DNA of 64,000 nt from Ylistrum balloti (GCF_031769215.1 NW_026782132.1:1364001-1428000); one strand, 5' to 3'. Shown: positions 24,081 to 37,254, counted from the first letter of the stretch. Numbers and translations: made by a program. Notes: a model not told the origin generated them from the sequence alone.

Positions 24081-27000
24081 ATGAAGCTTCTCGTCATTCT
24101 GCTCTCTCAACTGGCCATAGCCTTTTGTGCTGAAAACAGAACTCTGTTCCAGTACATCCAGGGTCATAGCGAATTCAGCATTCTAGAGGGATTACTGAGC
24201 AAAGCTCAGCTTAGTTCAACACTCAACAGCCCCGGTAAGGCATGTCATCGTTATACATTATAGCATGTTTTGGTTAAATTAATGATCCATCAATACTGTA
24301 GAACTAATGGCGTCCCCCTAGAGTATGATAAATGGCCGTTTCAAACTTGAGTTTCACGACTCTCACGTCTTCTCCGGACCACCCTACAGTAGACTTCCTC
24401 ACCTCCATGTTAATATGTCCTCTCCGGAACACCCTACAGTAGACTTCCTCACCTCCATCATATGTCCTCTCCGGACCACCCTACAGTAGACTTCCTCACC
24501 TCCATCATATGTCCTCTCCGGACCACCCTACAGTAGACTTCCTCACCTCCATCATATGTTCTCTCCGGACCACCCTACAGTAGACTTCCTCACCTCCATC
24601 ATATGTTCTCTCCGAACCACCCTACAGTAGACTTCCTCACCTCCATCATATGTCCTCTCCGGACCACTCTTCAGTAGACTTCCTTACCTCCATCTTCATA
24701 TGCCCTCTCAAAGACTACCTTACAGTAAGGGTTCTCACCTCCATCATATGTCCTCTCCGGACCACCCTACAGTAGACTTCCTCACCTCCATGTTAATATG
24801 TCCTCTCCGGACCACCCTACAGTAGACTTCCTCACCTCCATGTTAATATGTTCTCTCCGGAACACCCTACAGTAGACTTCCTCACCTCCATGTTAATATC
24901 TTCTCTCCTGACCTACCTACAGTAAGAGTTCTCACCTCCATCATATGTCCTTTCCGGACCACTCTTCAGTATACTTCCCTACCTCCATCTTCATATGCCC
25001 TTTCAAGACCACTTTACAGTAAGTGTTTTCACCTCCATCATATGTTCTCTCCGGACCACCCTACAGTAGACTTCCTCACCTCCATCATATGTCCTCTCCG
25101 GACCACCCTACAGTAGACTTCCTCACCCCCATCCTAATATGTCCTCTCAAGACCACCTTACAAAAGGCCTCACTAACTCCATCTTAATATGTAATCTCCG
25201 GACCACCCTACAATAGGCTTCCTCACCTCCATCTTAATATATTCTCTCCGGACCACTGTACAGTAGACATCCTCATCTCCATTTTAATATGTCCTCTCCG
25301 GACCACCTTACAGCAGGCTTCCTCACCTCCTCTCTAGCACTTTGTACTAACACTTGATTTTTAGAAGACGAAACAAGGACATTTTTTTGTTCAGGCTACA
25401 AATCTCGACATTTAAAACCCTACTTTTTCTTCTGTTGAAAAAACAATTAAAGCACGTTCTATCCATTTGTTGATGATTAACATTCCCTTTTAGGTACATT
25501 CACATTGTTCGCCCCGACGAACGATGCATTTAACAAGCTGCCCAGTGGAATGCTTAGTAACCTACAGAGCGTGGACACTGTAGCTCTTTCCAACCTCCTC
25601 TTATACCACGTTACCAATGGTATTCTCATCGCCCCTCTCCTCACCAACGGGATGTCCGCCACATCCATTAGCAACCAGACCATCAACGTGAACAAGTATC
25701 CTAACGGGGTATGTTACTTCGCATACAATCACAACGACTTGACTCTACTCTCAATCAGAATAAGAGAAAATATTGGTCGTAGTAGCTTTTCTCATGCCTT
25801 GATAATCACATGGATCGGTCCATCAGGGCGTATTTACTACATGAACACTCTAGGTATTATTAAAAAGATGGTTTCCGAAAAACTGCAACCTTTGTACAGA
25901 TATATGTTCACCTAACACTGTCCAAATACCTGCACATTTGTTTGAAATCCACGTTCGTAAAGAAAATGGATCATATGTTTATAAGACATCAGGAAGAAGA
26001 AATATGGTTAGAAAACAGAGAAAGCATACAGACCCTAATGTGACTTTAGTCGTATCATCTTTTCACAGGCTGTGGTTGTACAGGGTTCCACTGTAACCGG
26101 AGGTGACATCATCTTGACGAACGGAGTCCTACATGCCATTAGTAGCGTTATGTTTCCATCTTCTTTGTCCATATCTCAGTACATGGGGAAGGATGAAAGT
26201 GACTATGTTGACCTTTACTCCGCTCTGGTGTTCACAGGGCTGGAGCCAGCTCTGGCCAGCAGTAAGATTTAATACTATTTCAACCTACACATAGTTTTCA
26301 TTCAACTCTCTTGTCATATTATTAATTCATCATCAATCTTTTTTTATGTATATATATTGATATTTTATTTTCAAAGTCCGGGATTTTTATCACATTTACA
26401 TTACAATGAACACGTGTTCCTGAGTTTGTAATATATATATATATGCGTTACTGAACCAGAATGATATGATGGGCTTTATTTTGTATATGTCGGGAGTGTT
26501 AACTCTCGTATATATATATACGATAAACATGGAATGAAAATGAGATTCCATGTTGGTATATAAGCAGCGTCCATATTTAGCATGCAGTTCTCCTGTATGT
26601 TAACACTCCTGACATATACAAAGTAAAGCACATCATATCATTCTGGTTCAGTAACGCATGATATGTTAACACCATTTAAATCTGTGCAGGTCGTCCTTCC
26701 CCGTCCATAAAGTTATACTTAAACATATACACCCTATTATCAGTTCTTGATGAGTGTGACAATACATACTTTCTGCATTACTTACCACTCGCAATATATA
26801 CATGTAAACATTATCTTTCTATTTTCAATTCAGCTGGAACATTCACTATATTTGCCCCTAATAACGATGCCTTCAGCCAGCAGATTGGCGGTCTCCAGTC
26901 TCTTACCGCCGACAAGGATGCTTTCGCAAGTAAATAATTACGTTATTTAAGAAATCTTTTGATAATTATAAGAGAATGATGTTGTTATATATCTCAATCG

Positions 27001-29100
27001 TTTAAGCACATGTTTCGTCTCGTTGTAACATTTCCGTCGTCAACAATGCTTTCCAAAAAGTGAAATTTACAACCAAATTCAAAAAGGTGCTGATGTCTCT
27101 TTTCATAAACACGAATAGACATAATGCATGTAAATTTAATATTTCTGAAAGGTTGAATGTGGAAACAGATATGCTTAATACAGTTGGTCTCACTTGACCT
27201 TTTGTTCGAGTTAGTGCTGAATCTTGGAGTGGCGTGATTTGTGGCCAATACTATGTTCGTGAATGACTTATCAATAGATTGACTCACCTTTAATGTCATA
27301 GGGGACATAGGTGTACAATTCATGGTAAACAGGTGGTCGATACAGGCCTTTATGCCTCTTTTCTGTGTGCATAGTAGTGTTCTCGATGTCGTTACTTATA
27401 CAAATGTATGTTAAATTTCATCCTTCTGTAATAGGACTTTGTACTTGTGCTTGAAGTCTCATTTCCCTTATCTTTTGTAGTTGTAAGTTCTCGTGTAATT
27501 AGGTAGCAATATCGATATTTGAAGATTTTCAAGTGTTAATCTGTTCTAATACCGAGTTCAAATTTCTGACAACGATAAAATAATATCATGTCATGCATGC
27601 AGAATGACCACCATATATGGGCAGACATTTCATGTCTGTTGAATGGCATCACATAAATCACAGAATTTTTTTAATTAAAGGATGTCATTTGGTATATGTC
27701 GGAATAAAGAAATGTAGAATTGCAGAATGTCATTATATAAATGTCGGATTATAATAATTGTAGCATGTTATATAAATGTCGAATTATAAAACTTATAGAA
27801 TGTTATATAAATGTCGGATTATAAGCCTTGTAGAATGTTATATAAATGTCGGATTATAAAACTTATAGAATGTTACATAAATGTCGGATTATAAGCCTTG
27901 TAGAATGTTATATAAATGTCGGATTATCAGATTATAAGCCTTGTAGAATGTTATATAAATGTCAGATTATAAGAGTTGTAGAATGTTATATAAATGTCGG
28001 ATTATAAGAATTGTAGAATGTTATATAAATGTCGGATTATAAGCCTTGTAGAATGTTATATAAATGTCGGATTATAAGCCTTGTAGAATGTTATATAAAT
28101 GTCGGATTATAAGCCTTGTAGAATGTTATATAAATGTCGAATTATAAGCCCTGTAGAATGTTATATAAATGTCGGATTATAAGAGTTGTAGAATGTTATA
28201 TAAATATTGGATTGTAGGGATTAAGTGTCGTTATATAAATGTAGTATTATAAGGATCATAGAATGACATCATTCATATAGATGTCGAATTCCATGAATTG
28301 TAGAATGACACTTTATAGATGTCGGATTATGTGAAAGTTTTTGTTTGAAATTTTGAATGGTATTGGTTTGAATGTCGAACTATATGCTTGAATAGTAGTG
28401 CAATATAGTTTAAATCCTTTTCTCCAGACATCTTGAAGTACCATGTGGTTCCACAAACACTGTTCTCAGCCGGACTGACGGACGGTCAAACTCTCACGAC
28501 TCTTCAAGGCACAGATCTCACCGTCCACATCGATAGCACGGGTGAGTACTATAGCGCTTATTAGGGAGGTCAGTTTACTTCATCCATCTGTAACTGTAGA
28601 TAGTGATACCAGAAAGCCCAGTATCGGTATTATCATCTAATCTACTTGGCTACTCACACAAACATCAATAATTACGAGACACTGAAATCCCGGTACTTTT
28701 GGCGCTCGTTTGTCTGTGGATTCTGTTGTTGTAGTCTTTGTTTTCATTTGAGAACGTGAAACAACATGCTTGGTTTCACTAAGGCTAACATGGCGGATGT
28801 CGTCGATGAAGCGTAAGACGTATACTCTTCCGAAACACCGTGTACTTTTTCATGAGTCTTCATGTAATTTTTTTTTCATATTTGCTCTAGTTTTATTGAA
28901 TTTGAGTTTGGGTTATGATTATGTTGACATGTTGGTATTGTCTTGATTTTGGTGTATGCTATGTACTGATCATGTGTAATCATGACGGATCAATTTTGTT
29001 GACAGGTGTGCACATCAATAACGCCCTAGTCCTTAAAGCTGACCAGCCAGTGACCAACGGAGTCATCCATATGATTAACACCATCCTGACCCCCGTGTAA
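24081..29100 (+). CDS. Secreted two-domain fasciclin (FAS1) protein A, TGFBI/periostin-like, 288 aa
   Basis: Exons 24081-24234, 25494-25708, 26069-26261, 26834-26929, 28428-28541, 29006-29100 (867 nt, phases 1,0,1,1,1). Signal peptide MKLLVILLSQLAIAFCA; H1 motifs FTLFAPTNDAF and FTIFAPNNDAF; LLYHV and LKYHV; H2 motifs NGVLHAISSVM and NGVIHMINTIL; AATAAA at ~29107. Confidence 0.95.
24371..25330. repeat. 47-50-bp minisatellite, ~20 copies, in intron 1 of FAS1-A
   Basis: Unit tctccggaccaccctacagtagacttcctcacctccatcatatgtcc (period checked at 24421/24468). Confidence 0.93.
26443..26659. mobile_element. MITE-like element with ~61-bp terminal inverted repeats
   Basis: Left arm atgcgttactgaaccagaatgatatgatgggctttattttgtatatgtcgggagtgttaac matches the reverse complement of 26599-26659 with 3 mismatches; inserted next to a (TA)n run. 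Confidence 0.8.
27710..28330. repeat. 35-bp minisatellite, ~17 copies, in intron 4 of FAS1-A
   Basis: Unit gtcggattataagccttgtagaatgttatataaat. Confidence 0.93.
28715..28910 (+). mobile_element. Solo copy of the PLE 3' tail
   Basis: catttgagaacgtga...catggcggatgtcgtcgatgaagcgtaagacgtatactcttccgaaacac...gaatttgagtttg aligns by eye with 22817-23000. Confidence 0.7.
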
Positions 29101-29630
29101 CCTTTTAATAAACTTATTATAATACTATGTTTATACAGTGCCGTCTTTACGTCGTTATGTATCAACATGTTTCGCTTTAGCGTATTGTGAAATCATCCTC
29201 GATACTGCAGCTTGAGTATCGCGGATAGGGTGAAATATTCACAAGCAGGATCTTCAGCCAGGGGAGTCAATTCTCATCTAATGCCTTACATTCCGAATAG
29301 TATCCCTAATTGTGAACATTCCCTTTCCATTGTAATGGGACTGGCGGTCTTTTTCTCTTACTACTCTCATTGCGTGCTCTTTAATATTGGCGACTGGGGA
29401 TAGTAGGTATCAAATGCTGCAGTCAGTTTTAAACAGAAATTTTTAATATGTATAAAAAGTTGGTTAATCATTAGTAAGGTATAATGCATAGTTTCGTGTT
29501 GTTATTTATCTGTGTTGTAACTATATTCTTGTAAGAGCGCGGCTCTCGGGTACCGCAGTCGCCCGAGAGCATGCACGTTGCTTTTCAAAAACTCCGAAAT
29601 GATACATTAAATAGAGTTGTCTGTCTCCTA

Positions 29631-29894
29631 CGGGAGCGTATTCCGGCCACGTTGTGTTTCACTTTATCTCGAAATTTCGAAATAGCAACGGTCGAAATTT
29701 CGAGTTCGTAATCCGAAATTTTGAGCTATTAACCTGAAATTTCGAGATAGCAACGCGAAATTTTGAGATAGCAACTCGAAATTTAGTGATAGCAACTCGA
29801 AATTTCGAGTTAGTAATCCGAAATTTTGAGTTAGTAAGTCGAACCCGAAATTTCGAGATAACATAAAACACAACGTGGCCTGAATACGCTTCCG
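29631..29894. mobile_element. 264-bp MITE with ~29-bp TIRs, TA target duplication and internal 21-bp tandem repeats
   Basis: TA|CGGGAGCGTATTCCGGCCACGTTGTGTTT ... AAACACAACGTGGCCTGAATACGCTTCCG|TA; the interior is repeats of cgaaatttcgagatagcaact. Confidence 0.85.
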
Positions 29895-31014
29895 TAGTCT
29901 TCCCATACTTGCACGTGTTACCAAAAACCGTACGATCCTTAAACCGGAAACAAAACTCAACTTAAACATTATAGCTAAATCATCTTGATTTATAAATAAG
30001 TCAAACGTACAGAAACAAAGCATGATAATGTTTCATTTCTGTTTTATGAAATTCGTGAAATGAAAATAATTTAACTTCATTATGTTTCTTTTCAATATTA
30101 GTTTCGCTTCGTTTCAATTTCGTTACTACTTTTAGCAATATCCTTACATGGAAGCCATTTTGTTTTTAATTCCTCTGGCGCCATCTTGATGTTTAAATGG
30201 CTTGCATATCCTGTGTTGTCTAGTTCTGTTTGGTGGGACGTCACATCAATTAGTGAGCGATATAAGTATAAAATTATGACGTTACGGCTGGTACATGTAA
30301 AACTTCACAGTCGGCACTAAGAATTAATATCAAGATAAATATTTATTGAAATTCACATTTTAAATGACAATAAATTAAAGAATTACATATCAAGCCGGGT
30401 CCGTTCATACATAACATTATTCCCTCAGTTGGACTTACAGCATCCTTCTTACATGCTCGAAAAGGTTTACTCCTTCTCGTTTCCTCTCGTTTGTCCTCTC
30501 ACACTGTCCTCACTACCTCCCACTTCTCTCCTTCTTTACAGTGTTAACTCTCACATCTATGAATCACTAGCATCACAGCAAAACGTTAAAGTAGACAGTG
30601 TTGTCAGTTTACAATAGCATAATAAACATTTCTATGAACACATACTTAATTTCTTAATTTCTAAATAACAACAGAACGAACCTACTCGATACTAAACATG
30701 ACATTATTCGATCGCAAAACACTCGACAGGTCCATCGTACATATGGGTTAACGAAAATCACCGATTCCTTTTGGGAAGGAAATTATATATACAAGCTCTA
30801 GACTTTGTTTACTCATCCCATATCGTTCATTATGAATGAGATAGTGATTAAACTAAAGTGATCGATCGTCTGTTTCAGCACATGTTTTGACACGTCAGCA
30901 CTTCAGCGAAGATATCATATTTTTAAATAAGTTTTTGATCAAAGTCAGTTTAAATCACCATTGTATACAGCACTTTTCTTTCTGTAGACACTTTTGTGAT
31001 GACGTCACTTCCTT

Positions 31015-32269
31015 CTATACAGTTGTCACATTCGATGTCTTCTGTTTTGAACCATAGGATGACTTTTCTTGAAAGTTTTCGTTTATCTTGTTTTCATTTT
31101 CATGAAGCGACTTGTTGATCTGTCAAAACGAAACAAACAGATGTATATTATGATTCCATTGGATGAAATAATACCAATCATAAAATGGCATTTAATCGTA
31201 ATTTTTAATGCATTGCTAAATTACGTTACCTTGGAGACGAGTTTCCTTGTTGCTCTGTGTTGACTATATCGGAAAGCCGATGTCATCAACGCATGCGCAG
31301 TTTCCTTTCCAGATGTACTATTTAATGAGCGACGGACAAAATCCCAGCAGGCTGATCGCAAGTCCTCCAAACCAAACTGATAGGCTCCACACAACAAACC
31401 TGTAGAATCATACAAGGTTAATTAATTGAATTTTATTTGATTTTGAATATTTGTTAAATTTTCTCGCGATTTTCAATGATTAAAATACAAAGTGTTATTC
31501 GTGGAACCAAACCCAAAACTTTTATATTGATAAAGTTGGACTGACCTCGGCCAGTCTGTGATAAAACAGATAAGAGGTGTCAACTTACCCGCTACATTGT
31601 GAACACCAATGTCTACAGATCCACAGTGAACAAATTGCATCAACATTCTGAAGTCCTCCGGCTCGTACTTATTAACGTCTATGATAACATTCGACTTGGA
31701 ATGGGACTTTCGTAATTTCTTGAATGACGATCTTTCTGTTGCCGCTCGATGTTGTTGATTTAAAATGAGTTGATACAACACTCTGAAAAAGTGGTTAAAT
31801 AATAAGAACTGATGTCACAAATATCAATTAGCAAAACTACTGAATATGTCATGTCGACAAAATAGATCACTCCCTGAGCAAGCCTTCAGCAAATACCTGT
31901 AACCTGCAACTTTAAAATTCGTCAAGATATTCCGGTAGAAAAACCTGAGATGAAATGTTAATTGATTATAAAAGATCAGAAAATTAACAAATTCATCAAT
32001 TTTCCAAGCTAGTACACCTCGTCATCGTTTTAAGATTTATTCAAGTCATTTTTTTTTTAGTTTCTCAGTCATCTGCAAGTATTTTTTAAGGGTAGGCCCA
32101 TAGCATCACTGGCGAGACCTAGAACGACGGAACAGCTGTATGATGCAGTGCAATTTATTACTAGTCTCTACTTCATTCTACAGTTGTAGTAAAGGTGAAG
32201 GATGGGATCCACTTGTATCATTTGTACAATCTTATACGTCACAGGTAATTTCTGTTCACTTTTTATATA

Positions 32270-32311
<42 letters not shown>

Positions 32312-33213
32312 TATATATTTAAATTCTATTAATGATAATTAAAATGTGTTTCTACTTGACATTACCTGCTTCTTGTGCCGAGAATTGCCTTTACTCCGTA
32401 CACTGGAATCTTAGTTGGGCCGACCAAAAACGTGACGTCACACAACTCTGGCATGGAAACGATGTATTTAAGATGTTCACAGAGTGCGCTGGTACTTTTG
32501 TAGCTCATGACTTCTGTAGCCTCGTCTTCAGACTCGCTATCACATGCGGAGTCACATGTCAAGTATGGCTGCTGTGGCTTTAACAGACTGGTTTCCGTAT
32601 CGGATACTTCCTGTGTGGAGTCATATCCCGAGGAAAATCCTGAAAGTATGATGTTTATTTGTTTGATGATTATGTGTTGTTTGTGTGTGCCTTAGTAAGT
32701 TAATGATTAATGGTGCTTTCTTGTTAAATGGTTTTATTTCTTCAGAGAAGAGACAGCGCGCAGCATTACGTGATAAGTTATTTACATTTTAAATATTTTA
32801 AATTAAATTCTGGTGAAGATTGAAATGTTGCAATAAAATTACACATATTTGTATTTAATCTCCTCATTGAGAAAAAACTACAAACAAACGCATCTCTAAA
32901 AAATTTGGGTGAAAGATGTTTAAATCTCCTAAGTCTTTGGAACACATTTACCATTAAGCGTTTTGTTGTGTAAATATAGCAATTTATTTCCACCATGAAC
33001 AGACATGAAACATGTTGACTAGCTTGTAGGAGCGTGAGAAATCCAAATTCGTTGTTATGATACAAAATGTACAACAATGATACCACACAAAAATATCCGA
33101 TATCTGAGAGATGCAGTTTTTAACTGGCACTTACCGTCTTTTTCCTGGTCAGACGTCGCAATTTCCAAATGGTCATTTTCCAGCAGCAGAACCCGGGATT
33201 CGGACTTAGACAT
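31015..33213 (-). CDS. BTB/POZ domain protein (serine-enriched-protein-like), ~273 aa
   Basis: Exons (-): 33135-33213, 32366-32639, 31589-31782, 31230-31399, 31015-31119 (822 nt, phases 1,2,1,0). BTB motifs LCDVTFLVGPTKIPVYGVKAILGTRSRVLYQLI, YEPEDFRMLMQFVHCGSVDI and LLCGAYQFGLEDLRSACWDFV. The last exon is the least certain. Confidence 0.9.
32103..32146 (+). ncRNA. Minimal type I hammerhead ribozyme relic, copy B
   Basis: GCATCA CTGGCGA GACC TAGAA CGAC GGAA CAGCTG TA TGATGC: perfect 6-bp helix I and palindromic helix III; core mutated (A6->G, A13->G) and helix II damaged. Confidence 0.65.
32271..32308. repeat. (TA)19 microsatellite
   Basis: Read directly from the sequence. Confidence 0.95.
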
Positions 33214-33367
33214 TCTGGTTAAATTAACTGTTATATTTACTGAGGTAAACTGTACAAGGAATAACTGTCAAAATAACTTCAGACGCACTCCAAGTTTCTC
33301 AAAAAATTATCGGAGTTTAGTCCGTAGTTACAGCTAGACGTGCAAGTGGTGTCGTATGTCGTGGTTG

Positions 33368-33535
33368 TGACGTTTTATACTCCTTACTCAGTGTCCAGTG
33401 AATGACAGGGCATCTACTCAGGATGGACACCGTCGCACCTTTTTAACGATGAGTCGATGTCCTTCTTAGTGGCCGGGGGTCGTACTGGAGGGGAGGCCTC
33501 GGCTTGGGGAGACCACGCCCCGCTGATCACGTGGA
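33368..33535 (-). promoter_or_regulatory. Probable BTB gene promoter
   Basis: TATAAA on the minus strand at 33374-33379, ~160 bp upstream of the ATG; GC-rich patch 33470-33545 with CCACGCCCC (SP/KLF-type box) and CACGTG (E-box). Confidence 0.5.
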
Positions 33536-34824
33536 CACATCAGGCGTTTGGGGAACTAATTGAGTTGTTTGACTTGTTCATTTTACCACCTATCTGTGTA
33601 AACGGCTTGGGCCCATTATAGTTAATCATGTCTGAGTAATTTACGTACAAAAGAACCTACTTACGGTACCCTATACAAATAGTACTTCAGTATTGATAAC
33701 GATTAGTAAGTAATCTATACTACGCAATATCTGCTTCTTCAGTCTTTACTACATCTAGGGTTAATATATATATATATAAATAAAACAGCTGGAGTAAGGG
33801 CCCGTGATAAAAATATACTTTTTCCTCATTTTTACTGAATGAAATATTTCGATCTGAATAATGTATGCAAGTTTTGGATTGAAATAAATAACGAATGTAC
33901 AGAAAACTGCTTAAATGTTAACAGTAAATGTTAAATAAATGTTAATTTTGATGATCGCTTAAAAGAAGTTCCATTTTTGGGGATTGAATTTCAGAATTCA
34001 ATTAATAATTATTCAAAAAAAAAACCTTGGGAAAGATTAGTAATTCTCTTTTCCAATGTACGTGGCTATATTTATTTTATGATTCCTTTTGCTATTTAAC
34101 ATTCAATTGCTGTGAAAGTGTATGTCAGCAATTTGTTAAAAAATGTTGAAACGGAAACATTTATTGAAATAATTTATTACATTTTGAAATATAGCTATTG
34201 AAATGTGACATGGACGTTTCAGTAGGTAATGAATTGGAGAATTCCACCATCAGAGCTAACATTATAATGAGTCAGAACTTATACATGAAACAGTTATTTG
34301 ATGGTGTGTGTAGGATGAGGAAGTTTCACATTATTGTTTACGTCTGAATATTTTTATGTTATATTTAAATGCTTGAAAAAAAAATCAACGAAGAGCAACT
34401 GAACTACTATCAGATGTTTTCGTACAATTAATGATAAAGGGAAAATAAGCTCTCCACCCTAAAATATTGTAGAATTAGGGAAACTGTAAGTTTTCAAAAT
34501 AATGAACAATATTTCATACGAAGGCTTTACCTGAATCCATTAACAGCTTCTACAACCGAAATAAAATGAGAGATCAACTTGTAGACATAGTGCGTAAATT
34601 GTAGTGTTTATATCCCCGATGTAATACAGAAATAGTGCTATTAGATATATTGATTCTATGGAAACATTGATAGAGAAGTCCTCGGTGTGCGTTCACAATT
34701 TTAATTCCCATTAAATATTGAAAATCCAAGGTCTTATAAAAGTGTTTTGATATATTCTAAATAATAACTAGGAGAGTAACTATTAGTACACCTGGTTTAC
34801 CAATATCCAGGTAACAATAACCCT

Positions 34825-36110
34825 CTACGGAATGAGGTATACATCAGTTATAATGATATACATGTACAGAATTAGTTGTACATCGGTTATAATGATATAC
34901 ATAAGTTATAATAACCTTTTATACAGAATGAGGTGTACACAAGTTATAATAACCTTTTATACAGAATGAGGTGTACATAAGTTATAATAACCTCTTATAC
35001 AGAATTAGGTGTACATCAATTATATTAACCTTTTATACAGAACTAGGTGTACATCAGTTATAATAACCTTTTATACAGAATGAGGTGTACATAAGTTATA
35101 ATAACCTTTTATACAGAATGAGGTGTACACAAGTTATAATAACCTTTTATACAGAATGAGGTGTACACAAGTTATAATAACCATTTATACAGAATGAGGT
35201 GTACATCAATTATATTAACCTTTTATACAGAACTAGTTGTACATCAGTTATAATAACCTTTTATACAGAATGAGGTGTACATAAGTTATAATAACCTTTT
35301 ATACAGAATGAGGTGTACACAAGTTATAATAACCTTTTATACAGAATGAGGTGTACATAAGTTATAATAACCATTTATACAGAATGAGGTGTACATCAAT
35401 TATATTAACCTTTTATACAGAACTAGTTGTACATCAGTTATAATAACCTTTTATACAGAATGAGGTGTACATAAGTTATAATAACCTTTTATACAGAATG
35501 AGGTGTACACAAGTTATAATAACCTTTTATACAGAATGAGGTGTACATAAGTTATAATAACCATTTATACAGAATGAGGTGTACATCAATTATATTAACC
35601 TTTTATACAGAACTAGTTGTACATCAGTTATAATAACCTTTTATACAGAATGAGGTGTACACAAGTTATAATAACCTTTTATACAGAATGAGGTGTACAT
35701 AAGTTATAATAACCTTTTATACAGAATGAGGTGTACACAAGTTATAATAACCTTTTATACAGAATGAGGTGTACATAAGTTATAATAACCTTTTATACAG
35801 AATGAGGTGTACATAAGTTATAATAACCTTTTATACAGAATCAGGTGTACACAAGTTATAATAACCATTTATACAGAATGAGGTGTACATCAATTATATT
35901 AACCTTTTATACAGAACTAGTTGTACATCAGTTATAATAACCTTTTATACAGAATGAGGTGTACATAAGTTATAATAACCTTTTATACAGAATGAGGTGT
36001 ACATAAGTTATAATAATCTTTTATACAGAATGAGGTGTACATCAATTATATTAACATTTTATACAGAATTAGTTGTACACCAGCTATATTAACCTTCTAT
36101 ACAGAATTAA
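34825..36110. repeat. 38-bp minisatellite, ~33 copies, with higher-order structure
   Basis: Unit acagaatgaggtgtacataagttataataaccttttat; the variant unit (aactag) recurs at 35031, 35221, 35411, 35601 and 35905. Confidence 0.95.
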
Positions 36111-37254
36111 AGGTACTTGTCAATCAGTTGTGTATTGTAATAACCTTATCTACAAACAAGGGAGTTTAAAATCGTTTTTTATAAAAATGTCATTTACATG
36201 TATTTCGCTTTAAAATGAAATCATGATGAAATGACAAAACACATCAATATTGAAATTTCACACTTTATTCCCCTTTGAAATAAATCATTAAAACAGTAGT
36301 GAAACAACAGTGTGTTGGACCAGTAGTCCTGGTTTACACAACCAGGTAATAACCAAGCCGAGGTACCCGGTGTTTGTTTAGTTAAGGTCTGAAGACGATC
36401 TATGTCGGGGAGATCAAAGAGAAACACACCGGCAAAAAAAGACACAGGCGTCACTAAGAAGACTACACGGACACTACAATATCGCTTGTGTTGTTTTAGA
36501 CTAGCGCAAAGCAGATGTTCCTGGAAATACATTTCAAATAAACAAAACACGTAAATGAAAAGGCCTAGGACAACTATGCCACAATGTATAGAATAATATA
36601 TATACATTAAAAATTAAGATCTGTTTACGTTTTCCTCAAAAATGGTATCACAAAAAAGGTCACTTGCCGAAAAAATAGGATTGTGAAATAGGGGATACCG
36701 CTTAACATAATTAGTAACTGCTAAGAAACATATTTCCAGTGTGTTTTATTGAGAATGCCTGTCGACATTCGTGTGAAAGAACTAGTGTAGTAATATTGCA
36801 GATTTCTGGAAACTCATGCAAATCTTTCTTTCGTCACAGATTGTGTTTCTAAAAATTAAATCCTGTGAGATCATTTTCATTCAACTTGAAATTTTGTTTA
36901 AATCAACCATTACTAATGTATGTTTTTGAAACTGCAACCAATGCATGTATATTTCATTTCAGGGTGTAATAGCCATCATGAATGTGTTACAGGTATATGT
37001 TATCGAAGCTTCAGGCCCAGAGTCAGTCGATAAGTGTTGAAAACAGCTGTAGAAAAATAGCGCAACCACTCGGTATTTTGATCAATGAAGCATATAACAT
37101 AGGTATGGAAGCTTATAGTGGTAATCACATAAAGATGTAAATGTGTGTGCAACATAACTAGCTTATCATGTTCTAAACAGCAACACTGCTTTAAAGAAAC
37201 TATACCTAGGATATAATATAACTGTGTGATGTCAAACATCCTCATCCAATCAAG

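Noticed and set aside
27000-27050. Minus-strand TTGACGA...GACGAAACATG hammerhead-like string
   Set aside because: Helix II cannot close (C opposite C) and the cleavage-site base would be G.
27190-27370. Minus-strand CIDHLFT motif resembling a LINE AP-endonuclease
   Set aside because: No SDH motif or other endonuclease residues follow; the caggtggtcg word also occurs near 14371 and looks like a small non-coding repeat fragment.
36221-36607. 128-aa minus-strand ORF, and a plus-strand IYVGEIK string resembling GIY-YIG
   Set aside because: No recognisable domain; the GIY-YIG-like frame is interrupted by stops and lacks the upstream Tyr and Cys motifs.
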